Assembly: GCA_043803405.1 (NCBI GenBank)
Contig: JAZDKB010000043.1
Location: forward strand, 38,829 to 102,828
DNA from: Spirochaetota bacterium
GTDB lineage: Bacteria > Spirochaetota > UBA4802 > JAFGDQ01
Direction of reading: 5' to 3'
Length of the DNA stretch: 64,000 nucleotides
Shown: one piece after another, positions 1 to 9,100 of the stretch
Numbering within the stretch: position 1 is the first letter of the stretch
Layout of the letters: every line of letters begins with the position of its first letter
Notes under the pieces: model-generated
Told to the model about the DNA's origin: nothing
What the model saw: the letters and a program-made list of their open reading frames with translations, nothing else
Databases searched by the model: none
Made by a program: the position numbers and the translations under genes

Positions 1-63
1 TTTTCCTTCTTCAAGATACTCCAGTACTTTTTCATGATTGATAAAATTGTAATTGCTGTTCAT
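1..63 (-). CDS. hydG: N-terminus (partial, runs off window) of probable [FeFe]-hydrogenase maturase HydG
   Basis: Reverse strand reads MNSNYNFINHEKVLEYLEEGK; the 'FINxExI/V' start resembles HydG. It lies directly downstream of a TM1266-family gene, which typically precedes hydG/hydE. Confidence 0.55.
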   Translation of the reverse strand, partial: MNSNYNFINHEKVLEYLEEGK

Positions 64-122
64 GTTAATGTCTCTTTAACAAATTAATATTAGGCCCGGG
101 CCTGTTTATTTTATTTTTTAAC

Positions 123-386
123 TCATTTTTTTGTCATCAAAGCCCTTGCAGTAACCCCGCTTACATTGCCAAGCTGGCCTGTAAGCGAGTTTATTTCATC
201 TTCAGTGCCGTCAACGATCAAAGACACGACAGCGACTTTTCTTTCGTGATATGGAATGCCCATGCGGCCAATAACTATATGACTGTATTTGCTGATTATA
301 TTATTTATTGCTTCCTGCGATTCCTGCGGGTGTTCTATTACAATACCTAAAACACCGAGCCTTTTTATATCCATCATCTTCTCCAT
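123..386 (-). CDS. TM1266-family iron-only hydrogenase system regulator (NikR C-terminal-like fold)
   Basis: Motifs LGVLGIVIE, IVIGRMGIPY, SLIVDG..INSLTGQLGNVSGV. True start may be 374 (GGAG RBS). Confidence 0.88.
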   Translation of the reverse strand: MEKMMDIKRLGVLGIVIEHPQESQEAINNIISKYSHIVIGRMGIPYHERKVAVVSLIVDGTEDEINSLTGQLGNVSGVTARALMTKK

Positions 387-504
387 TGAAAGCAGTCGTT
401 AATGTTTGCGGAATTCCTATTTGCCGGATTTAATTTTAACTGAAGAAAATAAAAGATGGGAAGATTGTAGTCTGTTCTTAATCTCACGGCAACAGACAGG
501 TCTC

Positions 505-536
505 AAAAATAAAAAATCCCGCCTTACCGGGTGGGA
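505..536 (-). terminator. Intrinsic terminator inside the 5' leader of the TM1266-hydG operon
   Basis: Minus strand TCCCACC-CGGTAA-GGCGGGA followed by TTTTTTATTTTT, about 120 nt upstream of the start codon. Confidence 0.65.
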
Positions 537-662
537 GTTAAGTTCACATAGCCGGATTGCCAAACAGTAATTATCTTACAGTTATGCAATCAGCAACTCT
601 TCCTTCACCTCAGGCAAAACCTTGCTTTCAGGAATCCGTTTATTACAGGCTCGTTAATAAAG
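505..662 (-). promoter_or_regulatory. Candidate structured leader (attenuator/riboswitch-like)
   Basis: Several hairpins plus mutually exclusive antiterminator/terminator pairings; see findings. Confidence 0.5.
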
Positions 663-815
663 AATAAATCTCAATTAAAAGCCTTACAATACTATAATAA
701 GAAAATTATGTTTTTACGTAAAGTATTATTTTTATAAATTAAACGGTTCTTTTGTTTTTATATATTATAGTTGATTTATATTTATTGAATTTAATATAAT
801 ATTTTAAGGCTTATC

Positions 816-1391
816 GTGTACAAATTTAAACACGCTCATATCGAGGTCAATGAAACCGTGTTAAAATATATTATTATATGTATTGCCGCATTAATCATTA
901 ACGGATGCGACCGGGCAATACCCTTACAGGGCTTCCGGCCGGATATGCTTGTCGAGAATTATACTACGACAAACTTTAAAGAAGATAAAATCGAGTGGAA
1001 ATTAAAAGCAAAAAAAGCATCATATTATTATAAAGAAAAAAAATCCATTGCAGAAAAGATTGTTCTGAATTATTTTAAAAATAACAAAGAGTCGGCGATA
1101 GTTAACGCAGACAGCGCAGTAATAAATACTGAAACAAAAGATATTGATTTAATAGGCAATGTTGATATGATCTCAACAACAGGAAACAGATTGCAGACAG
1201 CAAAGATCAGGTGGAATAACAAGGACGGCAGCCTGAATACAGATGAGCACGTTAAAATAGCAAGAAGGAACGGCGATATAATCGAAGGCATTGGACTGAG
1301 AGCGGATTACAACCTTGAAAATTACGAAATAAAGAAAAGGGTAAGCGCGGTTTCCAAAAATATAAATAGCGCTAAACTAAAGAAGAAATGA
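816..1391 (+). CDS. lptC: LPS export ABC transporter periplasmic protein LptC
   Basis: WKLKAKKA..., LxGNV, LQTxKIRWN, IEGIGLRAD motifs; upstream of lptA/lptB. Start may be the GTG at 858. Confidence 0.85.
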   Translation: MYKFKHAHIEVNETVLKYIIICIAALIINGCDRAIPLQGFRPDMLVENYTTTNFKEDKIEWKLKAKKASYYYKEKKSIAEKIVLNYFKNNKESAIVNADSAVINTETKDIDLIGNVDMISTTGNRLQTAKIRWNNKDGSLNTDEHVKIARRNGDIIEGIGLRADYNLENYEIKKRVSAVSKNINSAKLKKK

Positions 1392-2716
1392 ATTTATTTA
1401 ATAAATTACTTCTGAATATTACTTTCAGGCATTGCAATATAATATCCCGAATCAATTTCATCTGCATTAATATCCGTAAAATTATTTTTTTAATGATTCC
1501 GGTAATTATAATATTTTTTATTCAGATCCACGCTGAAGAAAAAAAACCTGTAACAATTACCGGAAACAATGCCAAAACCAGACTTGTGGGTGATGAAAAA
1601 AACGGGAAGAATTATTTAACTGAGATTACCGGCAACCCCATAATAAAAAGCGACAATAAGGTTCTGTATGCTGATAAACTCATTATACAGGGAAATGACG
1701 GAGAAATCATTGAAGCGATAGGGAAAGTGTTCCTTAAGGATAGGATAAAAGGCTCGAGTATAAGCGCAGGGAGAGCTTTATTTTATAAGGAAAAAGGCAT
1801 CATAGAATTTTATGGAAAGCCGAATGCAATTATCAAAAGACAGGACGACGGTTCCGTTGTTAATGTCCGGTCGGACATGATGACTTATAACACGAATGAT
1901 AACACTGCAGAAGCAAATGGAAAAGTAAGATTAATCAACAATGATCTTATTATTTTGTCCGGGAAAGCAGTATTCGGAAGAGAATCCAAAACAGCTGTCT
2001 TTTCCCTGAATCCTGAAATCACAAGGGGAGATGACAAGTATACTGCTGATGAGATAATATATTATACTGATAAAAAATATTTAATCCTGAATAAAAACGC
2101 GCATGTAAAGGCTTATACCGATGAGAAAGATAAGGCTACCGGAAAAGTTACCAGATCGCTGGTTAAAGCCAGCGGCGATAAAATTGAACATTTTACCGAA
2201 GGCGAAAAAATTACTATAATAACGGGCAGGGCAATAATAGAAAGGGAAGACTCGATATCCACAGGCGACAGATTTGAAATGAAGGGAGAAAAAGGAAGGG
2301 AAGATTTAACCGGATCAAATGTGCACATAAACTATAAAAAAGAAAATATGGAAGCCATGGGGCAAAATTTCAAATTCTATAAAAACGAAGGCAGATCCGT
2401 GTTATGGAATAAATCCTGCATTATTACAAGAGACGTAAAAACGGATGCAGAGAGTTCCAGAATATACGGCGATTACATGGAGCATTACAGGGACACGGAC
2501 GAGCTTTACGCAGCAGGCAGAGTAAGCATAATCCGGAATGAAGGGATTATTAAAGGAGATATGGCAAAGTACGAACGAAAGAATAGTTTGCTTACAGTTA
2601 CAGGAAATGCCAGAATAGAAAAGGATAATTCCACATCGCTTGCACAGGTAATCACTATCAATACAAAAACAAGCGATACCAGGCTTCAGGGAAGCATCAG
2701 GGGAAGTAAACGTTAA
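1388..2716 (+). CDS. lptA: LptA/OstA-family protein with multiple beta-jellyroll repeats
   Basis: Repeated OstA-like motifs (ITGNP, AxGKV, LTVTGNARI); lies between lptC and lptB. Confidence 0.75.
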   Translation: MNLFNKLLLNITFRHCNIISRINFICINIRKIIFLMIPVIIIFFIQIHAEEKKPVTITGNNAKTRLVGDEKNGKNYLTEITGNPIIKSDNKVLYADKLIIQGNDGEIIEAIGKVFLKDRIKGSSISAGRALFYKEKGIIEFYGKPNAIIKRQDDGSVVNVRSDMMTYNTNDNTAEANGKVRLINNDLIILSGKAVFGRESKTAVFSLNPEITRGDDKYTADEIIYYTDKKYLILNKNAHVKAYTDEKDKATGKVTRSLVKASGDKIEHFTEGEKITIITGRAIIEREDSISTGDRFEMKGEKGREDLTGSNVHINYKKENMEAMGQNFKFYKNEGRSVLWNKSCIITRDVKTDAESSRIYGDYMEHYRDTDELYAAGRVSIIRNEGIIKGDMAKYERKNSLLTVTGNARIEKDNSTSLAQVITINTKTSDTRLQGSIRGSKR

Positions 2717-2788
2717 TTTTTTAAAATATATTTTTCTGGCTTTTTTGAATGATATGGTGTATCTTATAATAAAAGTATTTTTTAAAAT

Positions 2789-3538
2789 GTGAATGATATG
2801 AATAACGGAAAAAATAAAAAAGTCCTTAAGCTTGATGCGCTCGTTAAATCATATAAAAAACACAGAGTTGTGGATAATATCGGTTTTGAAATTTCCCAGG
2901 GAGAGGTAGTCGGGCTTCTGGGGCCTAACGGAGCAGGAAAGACAACAACGTTTTACATGGTTGTGGGGCTGGTTAAACCGGACTCCGGTAAAATATATAT
3001 CGATAAATCCGACATTACTCATCTTCCGATGTATAAAAGGGCAAGACACGGCATAGGCTATCTGCCCCAGGAGGATTCGGTGTTCAGGAAACTTACGGTA
3101 TCGCAAAATCTGGAATTAATACTGGAGATGCAGAACCTGACAAAAGAAGAGATTGCCGACAAAAAAAACATGCTGCTGAAAGACCTGTCAATTGAGCATG
3201 TAAAAGATCAGAAAGCGTTTACGCTTTCGGGCGGAGAGCGAAGACGCACTGAGATCGCCAGAACGCTTGCAACAACGCCGGACTTTCTGCTGCTTGACGA
3301 GCCCTTTGCTGGCGTTGATCCGATAGCTGTTGCCGATATTCAGAGCATAATCTACTCCATAAAAAAGCGGAATATCGGAGTGCTTATTACGGATCATAAT
3401 GTGAGAGAAACGCTCAGTATTACCGACAGGTCATATATTATGTTTAAAGGCGAAGTTCTAATAAGCGGCAAGTCGGATAAACTAATTAAAAGCAAAAAAG
3501 CAAGAGAAATATATCTTGGTGAAAAATTTTCAATGTGA
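2789..3538 (+). CDS. lptB: LPS export ABC transporter ATP-binding protein LptB
   Basis: GLLGPNGAGKTTTFYM, GYLPQE, LSGGERRR, DEPFAGVDPIAV, ITDHNVRETL. Confidence 0.97.
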   Translation: MNDMNNGKNKKVLKLDALVKSYKKHRVVDNIGFEISQGEVVGLLGPNGAGKTTTFYMVVGLVKPDSGKIYIDKSDITHLPMYKRARHGIGYLPQEDSVFRKLTVSQNLELILEMQNLTKEEIADKKNMLLKDLSIEHVKDQKAFTLSGGERRRTEIARTLATTPDFLLLDEPFAGVDPIAVADIQSIIYSIKKRNIGVLITDHNVRETLSITDRSYIMFKGEVLISGKSDKLIKSKKAREIYLGEKFSM

Positions 3539-3565
3539 TGCAATATTAATTATTAGGGAACCTTA

Positions 3566-3592
3566 AAAAATCAGGTAAAAAACCTGATTTTT
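3566..3592. terminator. Bidirectional terminator-like hairpin
   Basis: AAAAATCAGGT-N5-ACCTGATTTTT. Confidence 0.6.
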
Positions 3593-3683
3593 ACACAGAT
3601 TTGTTCCCAAATGGTTACATCAAAATTTAATTTTTAGAGGTAACCAGTATTAAAATTTACGGATAAGCGATATCGGGATACTA

Positions 3684-5111
3684 ATGGACTTATCTGCAAA
3701 AACAAGTTTAAAACAGACTGGAAAAACGGTTTTAACCCGCCAGCTTTTACAGTCAATCGGGATGCTTCAGCTTTCCAATGTTGAACTAGCTGAAAAAATT
3801 GCATCTGAGCTGATAGAAAACCCCATTCTCGAAGAAGATGCCGAGAACCTCCCTGAATCCGATAATGATGAAAATAAAGTATCAACTGTCGACAAAGAAT
3901 TAAGCGGAGATGAATCATCGTTTACCACAAAAGAAGACTGGGACCAGACATACATTGATAAAAACATGCCGTACGATTCGTACGACGACGAAAAGAAACG
4001 AAGCTTCATCGAAAATGCCGTTGCTCAGAAAGAAACACTTAAAGAGCATTTAACAGAACAAGCAAGCCTGATAGCAAAAGACGAATCGGAATTCCAGCTT
4101 TTTGAAATGATCATTACTTCGCTGGATGATAACGGCTTTTTGACCACAAGGCCTGAGGAAATTGCAGAAGCAGGTTCATTTTCACATGAGAATGTAATAG
4201 AAGCAATTTTTGTTATTAATTATCTGGACCCTGTTGGCTGCGGCGTGGCAAATGTAAATGATTCATTAATAATTCAGACCATGCATGTTTATCCGGATGA
4301 TGATATTTTGCTAAAAATATTAAAAGATTATTTTCTTGATCTTGAAAAACTGAATTATGAAAAAATAGCTTCAGCCCTGGGCATTACATCCGCTGAAGTG
4401 ATAAGGAAAAGCAGGCTTGTTCATAACCTTGATCCGTTCCCCGGATTAAAATATTCGTCAAAAAAAACAAGGTATATTATTCCGGATGTCGACGTAAGGT
4501 ACATGGACGGCGAAATTATAATCGCAATGAACGATGACTGGATACCGAAAATAAAAATAAATTCATATTATAAAAATATTCTTAAAAAAAAATCGATTGA
4601 TGCAAAGCTTTCGGACTATTTAAAAAACAAAATGCAGTCTGCAAACAATCTGCTTAGCAGCATTGCAAACAGGAAGGCTACCATTGTTAAAGTAATAAGC
4701 GCAGTAATGGAACACCAGCGCGACTTTTTAATTAACGGTTCAGGTCATTTGAAACCCCTGGTTTACACAGATATTGCTCGGGAGGTAGGGTTGCATGAAT
4801 CGACTATCAGCAGGACAGCAAATAATAAATTTGCCCAGACGCCGTGGGGGGTCTTTGAACTGAAACACTTTTTTGTTTCAAAACTGAAGTCGCAAAATAC
4901 AGCCGACCATTCCTCGGAAGAAGTTATGAATATAATAAAAGGAATCATCGCGAATGAAGATCCGGAAAATCCTGTATCCGATCTGCAAATATACAATCAA
5001 TTGAATAGAAAAGGCATAAATATTGCCAGAAGAACAATTGCCAAGTACAGAAATAGTCTAAATATTTCTTCATCAAATATCCGTAAAAAACTAAATTTAA
5101 TTAAATCTTAA
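3684..5111 (+). CDS. rpoN: RNA polymerase sigma-54 factor
   Basis: LLQSIGMLQL..ENPILE, LHESTISR, RpoN box ARRTIAKYR. Confidence 0.97.
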   Translation: MDLSAKTSLKQTGKTVLTRQLLQSIGMLQLSNVELAEKIASELIENPILEEDAENLPESDNDENKVSTVDKELSGDESSFTTKEDWDQTYIDKNMPYDSYDDEKKRSFIENAVAQKETLKEHLTEQASLIAKDESEFQLFEMIITSLDDNGFLTTRPEEIAEAGSFSHENVIEAIFVINYLDPVGCGVANVNDSLIIQTMHVYPDDDILLKILKDYFLDLEKLNYEKIASALGITSAEVIRKSRLVHNLDPFPGLKYSSKKTRYIIPDVDVRYMDGEIIIAMNDDWIPKIKINSYYKNILKKKSIDAKLSDYLKNKMQSANNLLSSIANRKATIVKVISAVMEHQRDFLINGSGHLKPLVYTDIAREVGLHESTISRTANNKFAQTPWGVFELKHFFVSKLKSQNTADHSSEEVMNIIKGIIANEDPENPVSDLQIYNQLNRKGINIARRTIAKYRNSLNISSSNIRKKLNLIKS

Positions 5112-5132
5112 ACCAATTAAAACGGAGGAAGC

Positions 5133-5912
5133 ATGAATATCAAAATTAAAGGCAGACATTTTGATGTCTCGGAAGAATTATCAGAGTATACATTGAAAAA
5201 ATTTTCAAGACTTGAAAAATATTTCCATAAACTTATAGATACGGAAATTATAATGTCTATGGAAAAACATAATCATGTAATCGAAGCAGTTATTAATGGC
5301 GATGGAATGAAGTTTTTCGGAACTGAGAAAGCTTCCGATATGTATTCGGCTATTGACATGCTCATCAAAAATATGGAGAAGCAGGTTGTAAAACATAAAG
5401 AAAAACATTCCGCACATAAAGCGCAACCGCTTAAAAATAATGTGCAGGCTGAATCTCCGCAAAATCAGATTGAAGTTATTTATAATCTGGCCGCGAACAG
5501 GCCAAAGGACGAAGTTGAAGCATTTCTGGAGATGAGAGTCGACAACAGGGATTTTATTCTTTTTAATAAGAATTTAAAAGATAACATAAACAGTTATAAC
5601 GTCCTTTACAAAACAGGGAACGGATTTAAAATGGCCGAGTTGCCGAAAAAAATAAAAAAAGAAGAAAAAATTGAAGCTGAACATCTGATGGAATTCGACT
5701 TCATTGTACGTAAGGATTCGTCCACTAATCCGGAAATTGAATTAAAAAAATGCAAGAGTAAAACAATAAAATGCATGGAAATAAATAATGCCATTAAGGA
5801 AATAAGCGAATCCGCCGTGAATTTTGTTCCGTTTTTTAATAGTGAAACAAATGTGTTTAATATAATTTACAAAAATAAGGATGCCATAGAAGTAATTATT
5901 CCTCCAGCATAA
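5133..5912 (+). CDS. hpf: Ribosome hibernation promoting factor (long HPF/RaiA) with extended C-terminus
   Basis: MNIKIKGRHFDVSEEL..KFSRLEKYF..DMYSAID..EKQVVKHKEK; downstream of rpoN. Confidence 0.88.
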   Translation: MNIKIKGRHFDVSEELSEYTLKKFSRLEKYFHKLIDTEIIMSMEKHNHVIEAVINGDGMKFFGTEKASDMYSAIDMLIKNMEKQVVKHKEKHSAHKAQPLKNNVQAESPQNQIEVIYNLAANRPKDEVEAFLEMRVDNRDFILFNKNLKDNINSYNVLYKTGNGFKMAELPKKIKKEEKIEAEHLMEFDFIVRKDSSTNPEIELKKCKSKTIKCMEINNAIKEISESAVNFVPFFNSETNVFNIIYKNKDAIEVIIPPA

Positions 5913-5932
5913 ATAAAATATGAGTTTCCATA

Positions 5933-5964
5933 ATCAGCCCGCAGCTGCACAACTGCGGGCTGAT
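5933..5964 (+). terminator. Strong hairpin after hpf
   Basis: ATCAGCCCGCAG-N8-CTGCGGGCTGAT, a 12-bp perfect stem; the U-tract is weak. Confidence 0.6.
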
Positions 5965-6167
5965 ATTAATCTGACTTTAAAATAAAAAAATTGATTTGCT
6001 TTCTTCATAAAAATCGATGAAATAACAACTTTTTTATTTATTGCTTTTATTTGACTGTTCCCTGTAATTAAATAATTTAATTTGTTGAAAATAAATATAA
6101 ATGAGAGATATTGCCTTTGCTGTATTATTATTCTTTGTAAAGAATACCCGACTGGTTACATAAATAA

Positions 6168-9100
6168 TTGATATTAAGGTACCTTGGTATGCAGATAGGG
6201 ATTGATGCAGGGACTAAATTTTTAAAAATCGTTTATACCGATAAAAACGGGATTATTCCCCACGTGTATTGTCAGCATTTCGGAAATCCCGAAAAAGAAG
6301 TCACTAGCCTTCTTAAGGATAAAGAATTTTCTGATATTGAACGAATAGTATTTTCAGGCGCTCACGCTGGTCTGCTCGCACAGGCTCATAAAAACGCGGA
6401 AACTGCAGATGAAATCTCGGCTATAATCGAATGTGTTAATTACCTGAACATAAAGTGCAGATATATTGTCAACGTTGGTTCAGGCTCAATAAAACTGATC
6501 GAACTGGATGACAGGGGCAGCTTCTCATCATACTTGGAAAATTCGCTCTGCGCGGCCGGCACAGGGTCCTTCCTTGACGAACAGATGCATAGAATGAATT
6601 TTTCCTACAAGGACATTGAAACAATGCCCTTTATAAAAGACGTTCCGGACGTGGCGACTCGATGCGCTGTTTTCGCAAAATCCGATCTCATTCACAGACA
6701 GCAGGAAGGCTACAGCAGAGAGGAGATGTGGTCAGGACTATGCAAAGGCGTTGCTGCTACAATGCTTCAGTCTGTTTTTAAAGGCAATACCCCATCCGAA
6801 GAAACATTATTCTGCGGAGGACTTTTCCTTAATCCGATTGTAAAAATATGGGTGAAAGATACGGTAAAAAATGCAGTATTTAACGATAACGGCCATTTTT
6901 TTTCCGCAGTCGGATCAGTTATTCTGAACGGAAAAAAGAAACGTAATAATAATTCGATTCAAGTCCGGATAAAAGATTCAAATAAAAAAACCGAGCTTCG
7001 GCCTATTGAATTAAAATATTCAAATCCGGTAAGCTTTACCGCAAAGAAAGAATATTTCTTCAATGATCTTGAAGTGAGGATACACAAAGAACCTGGGATA
7101 AAGGCGGACATATCTCTGGGAATAGATATCGGTTCTACGAGCACAAAACTTATAGCGATTGAAGCAAAAACGCAGGATGTGCTGATCGACATATACGGGC
7201 GTACAAAAGGAAACCCGGTAGAAGCAACAAGAATTCTCTTTAATGAACTGAGCGATATTCTCGGCATCTGGGCGGGCACAGATGTCCGCAGCAGGGCATA
7301 CGAGAAAAAACCGGGCGATTCGCGTTTTAATGTTGTGAGCGCAGGCACAACCGGATCGGGCCGAAAGCTGATCGGTAAAATTATAGGCGCGGACATTATT
7401 ACAAATGAAATTACAGCTCATTACAAAGGAGCCGCTTTCTTTAATCCTACCATAGAAACAATTTTCGAAATAGGAGGACAGGACTCCAAATATATAAGGG
7501 CAAAAAACGGCCATGTTGTGGACTGTAACATGAATTTCGTATGCGCGGCCGGGACCGGATCTTTCATAGAAGAGCAGGCGCAAAGACTGGGTTTCAATGT
7601 CCGCGAAATAGGCGATCTTGTGCTAGGCATTACGCCTCCGCATACATCCGACAGATGCACGGTTTTTATGGAGCAGGATATCAACAAGCTCCTTAGAAAC
7701 GGATATACAAGGGAAGAAGTGCTTGCCGGAATTATAAGATCAATCTGTAAAAATTACCTGAACAGGGTAGTGGGTTCAAGGCCTGTTACAGGAGACAGGA
7801 TTTTTTTTCAGGGTGCTACTGCCAGAAACAAAGGGCTGGCTGCCGTATTCGAGTCCATTCTGCAAAAGGAAATAATAGTGTCACCGCATTGCCACGTGAT
7901 GGGCGCTTTCGGAGCTGCAATATTATCTCTGGATCGCGTTCAGCGCAGAGAAACATTTTTCAGAGGGCTGGATATATTCGAACAGAAAATAGAGCTCGAA
8001 TATACCAGGTGCGATAAATGCGCCAACTTATGTAAAATTACAACAGCAAAATACGACCGGGGACTCAGCAGCTCATGGGGATTCATGTGCGGAAAGGAAT
8101 CACTGGAAGAAAAAAAGCCTGAGTACTCTACCGATCATTTTAGAAAAGCGTCCGGTCTAACCATTAAACCCGGAAGAAGACCGGCTGAAGAACCGGAAAC
8201 AAAAAAAATCGGCATACCGTTTACTCTTTCAATGCACAATTATCTGCCGCTGTGGAGGACATTCCTTGATGAGCTTGGTTTTGAGGCAGTCATTTCCGGG
8301 CAATCCACTCATGAATTAAAAGAAAAAGGCATACGCCTTTCGAAGTCCGATTTTTGTTTTCCGGTAAAGTTAAGCCTCGCTCATTTTCACGACCTTGCTG
8401 ACCGCCGGGATATTGATGCAATATTTTATCCGGCTATATTAAGCGAAAAAAAACAGGATAACTCCATGCCGCGCATGTTTTGTCCGTACGTAATTGCATA
8501 TCCATCACTTGCAAAGGAAAGCCTTGCTGTTTCCAAAAAAATTATTTCACCATCTATCGATTTCAGGCAAAATAGCGATCAAATTATCAATACTCTTTAT
8601 AACAGTTTTAAAAGCTATAATTTAGATAAACCCCGGATTTTAAATGCATATAATAAGGGAATAGAAAATTATAATGAGTATTTGAAGAAAAAGCATGAAT
8701 ACGGCAATGTTATATTAACAGACATAACTCAGGTAAACAAAATAAGAGACAGAAAAAAGACCGGCATTGTATGCATCGGCAGGCCGTATAATCTTTATGA
8801 TAAGGTTATAAACCTGGGACTGACCGAAAGCTTAAGGAAAATGAATATAGTCGTTTTTCCTTATGAATTCCTTATTGATCCGGAAGGCGATAATCCTGCG
8901 GTTGATTATATGTACTGGAATTACGGTGAAAAGATTTTATCAGTCGCGGAAAGGATAAGATGGATCGATAATATCTATCCCGTATATTTTACAAATTTTT
9001 CATGCGGGCCGGATTCATTCGTGCTGAGCCGGTTTGAAGAGATCATGGCAGGAAAGCCTTATCTTATTATAGAGCTCGACGAGCACGGCTCGGAAACCGG

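Noticed and set aside
418..432. 14-nt match (AAATCCGGCAAATA) to about 26478-26491 on the opposite strand
   Set aside because: Matches of this length are expected by chance in 64 kb of AT-rich DNA.
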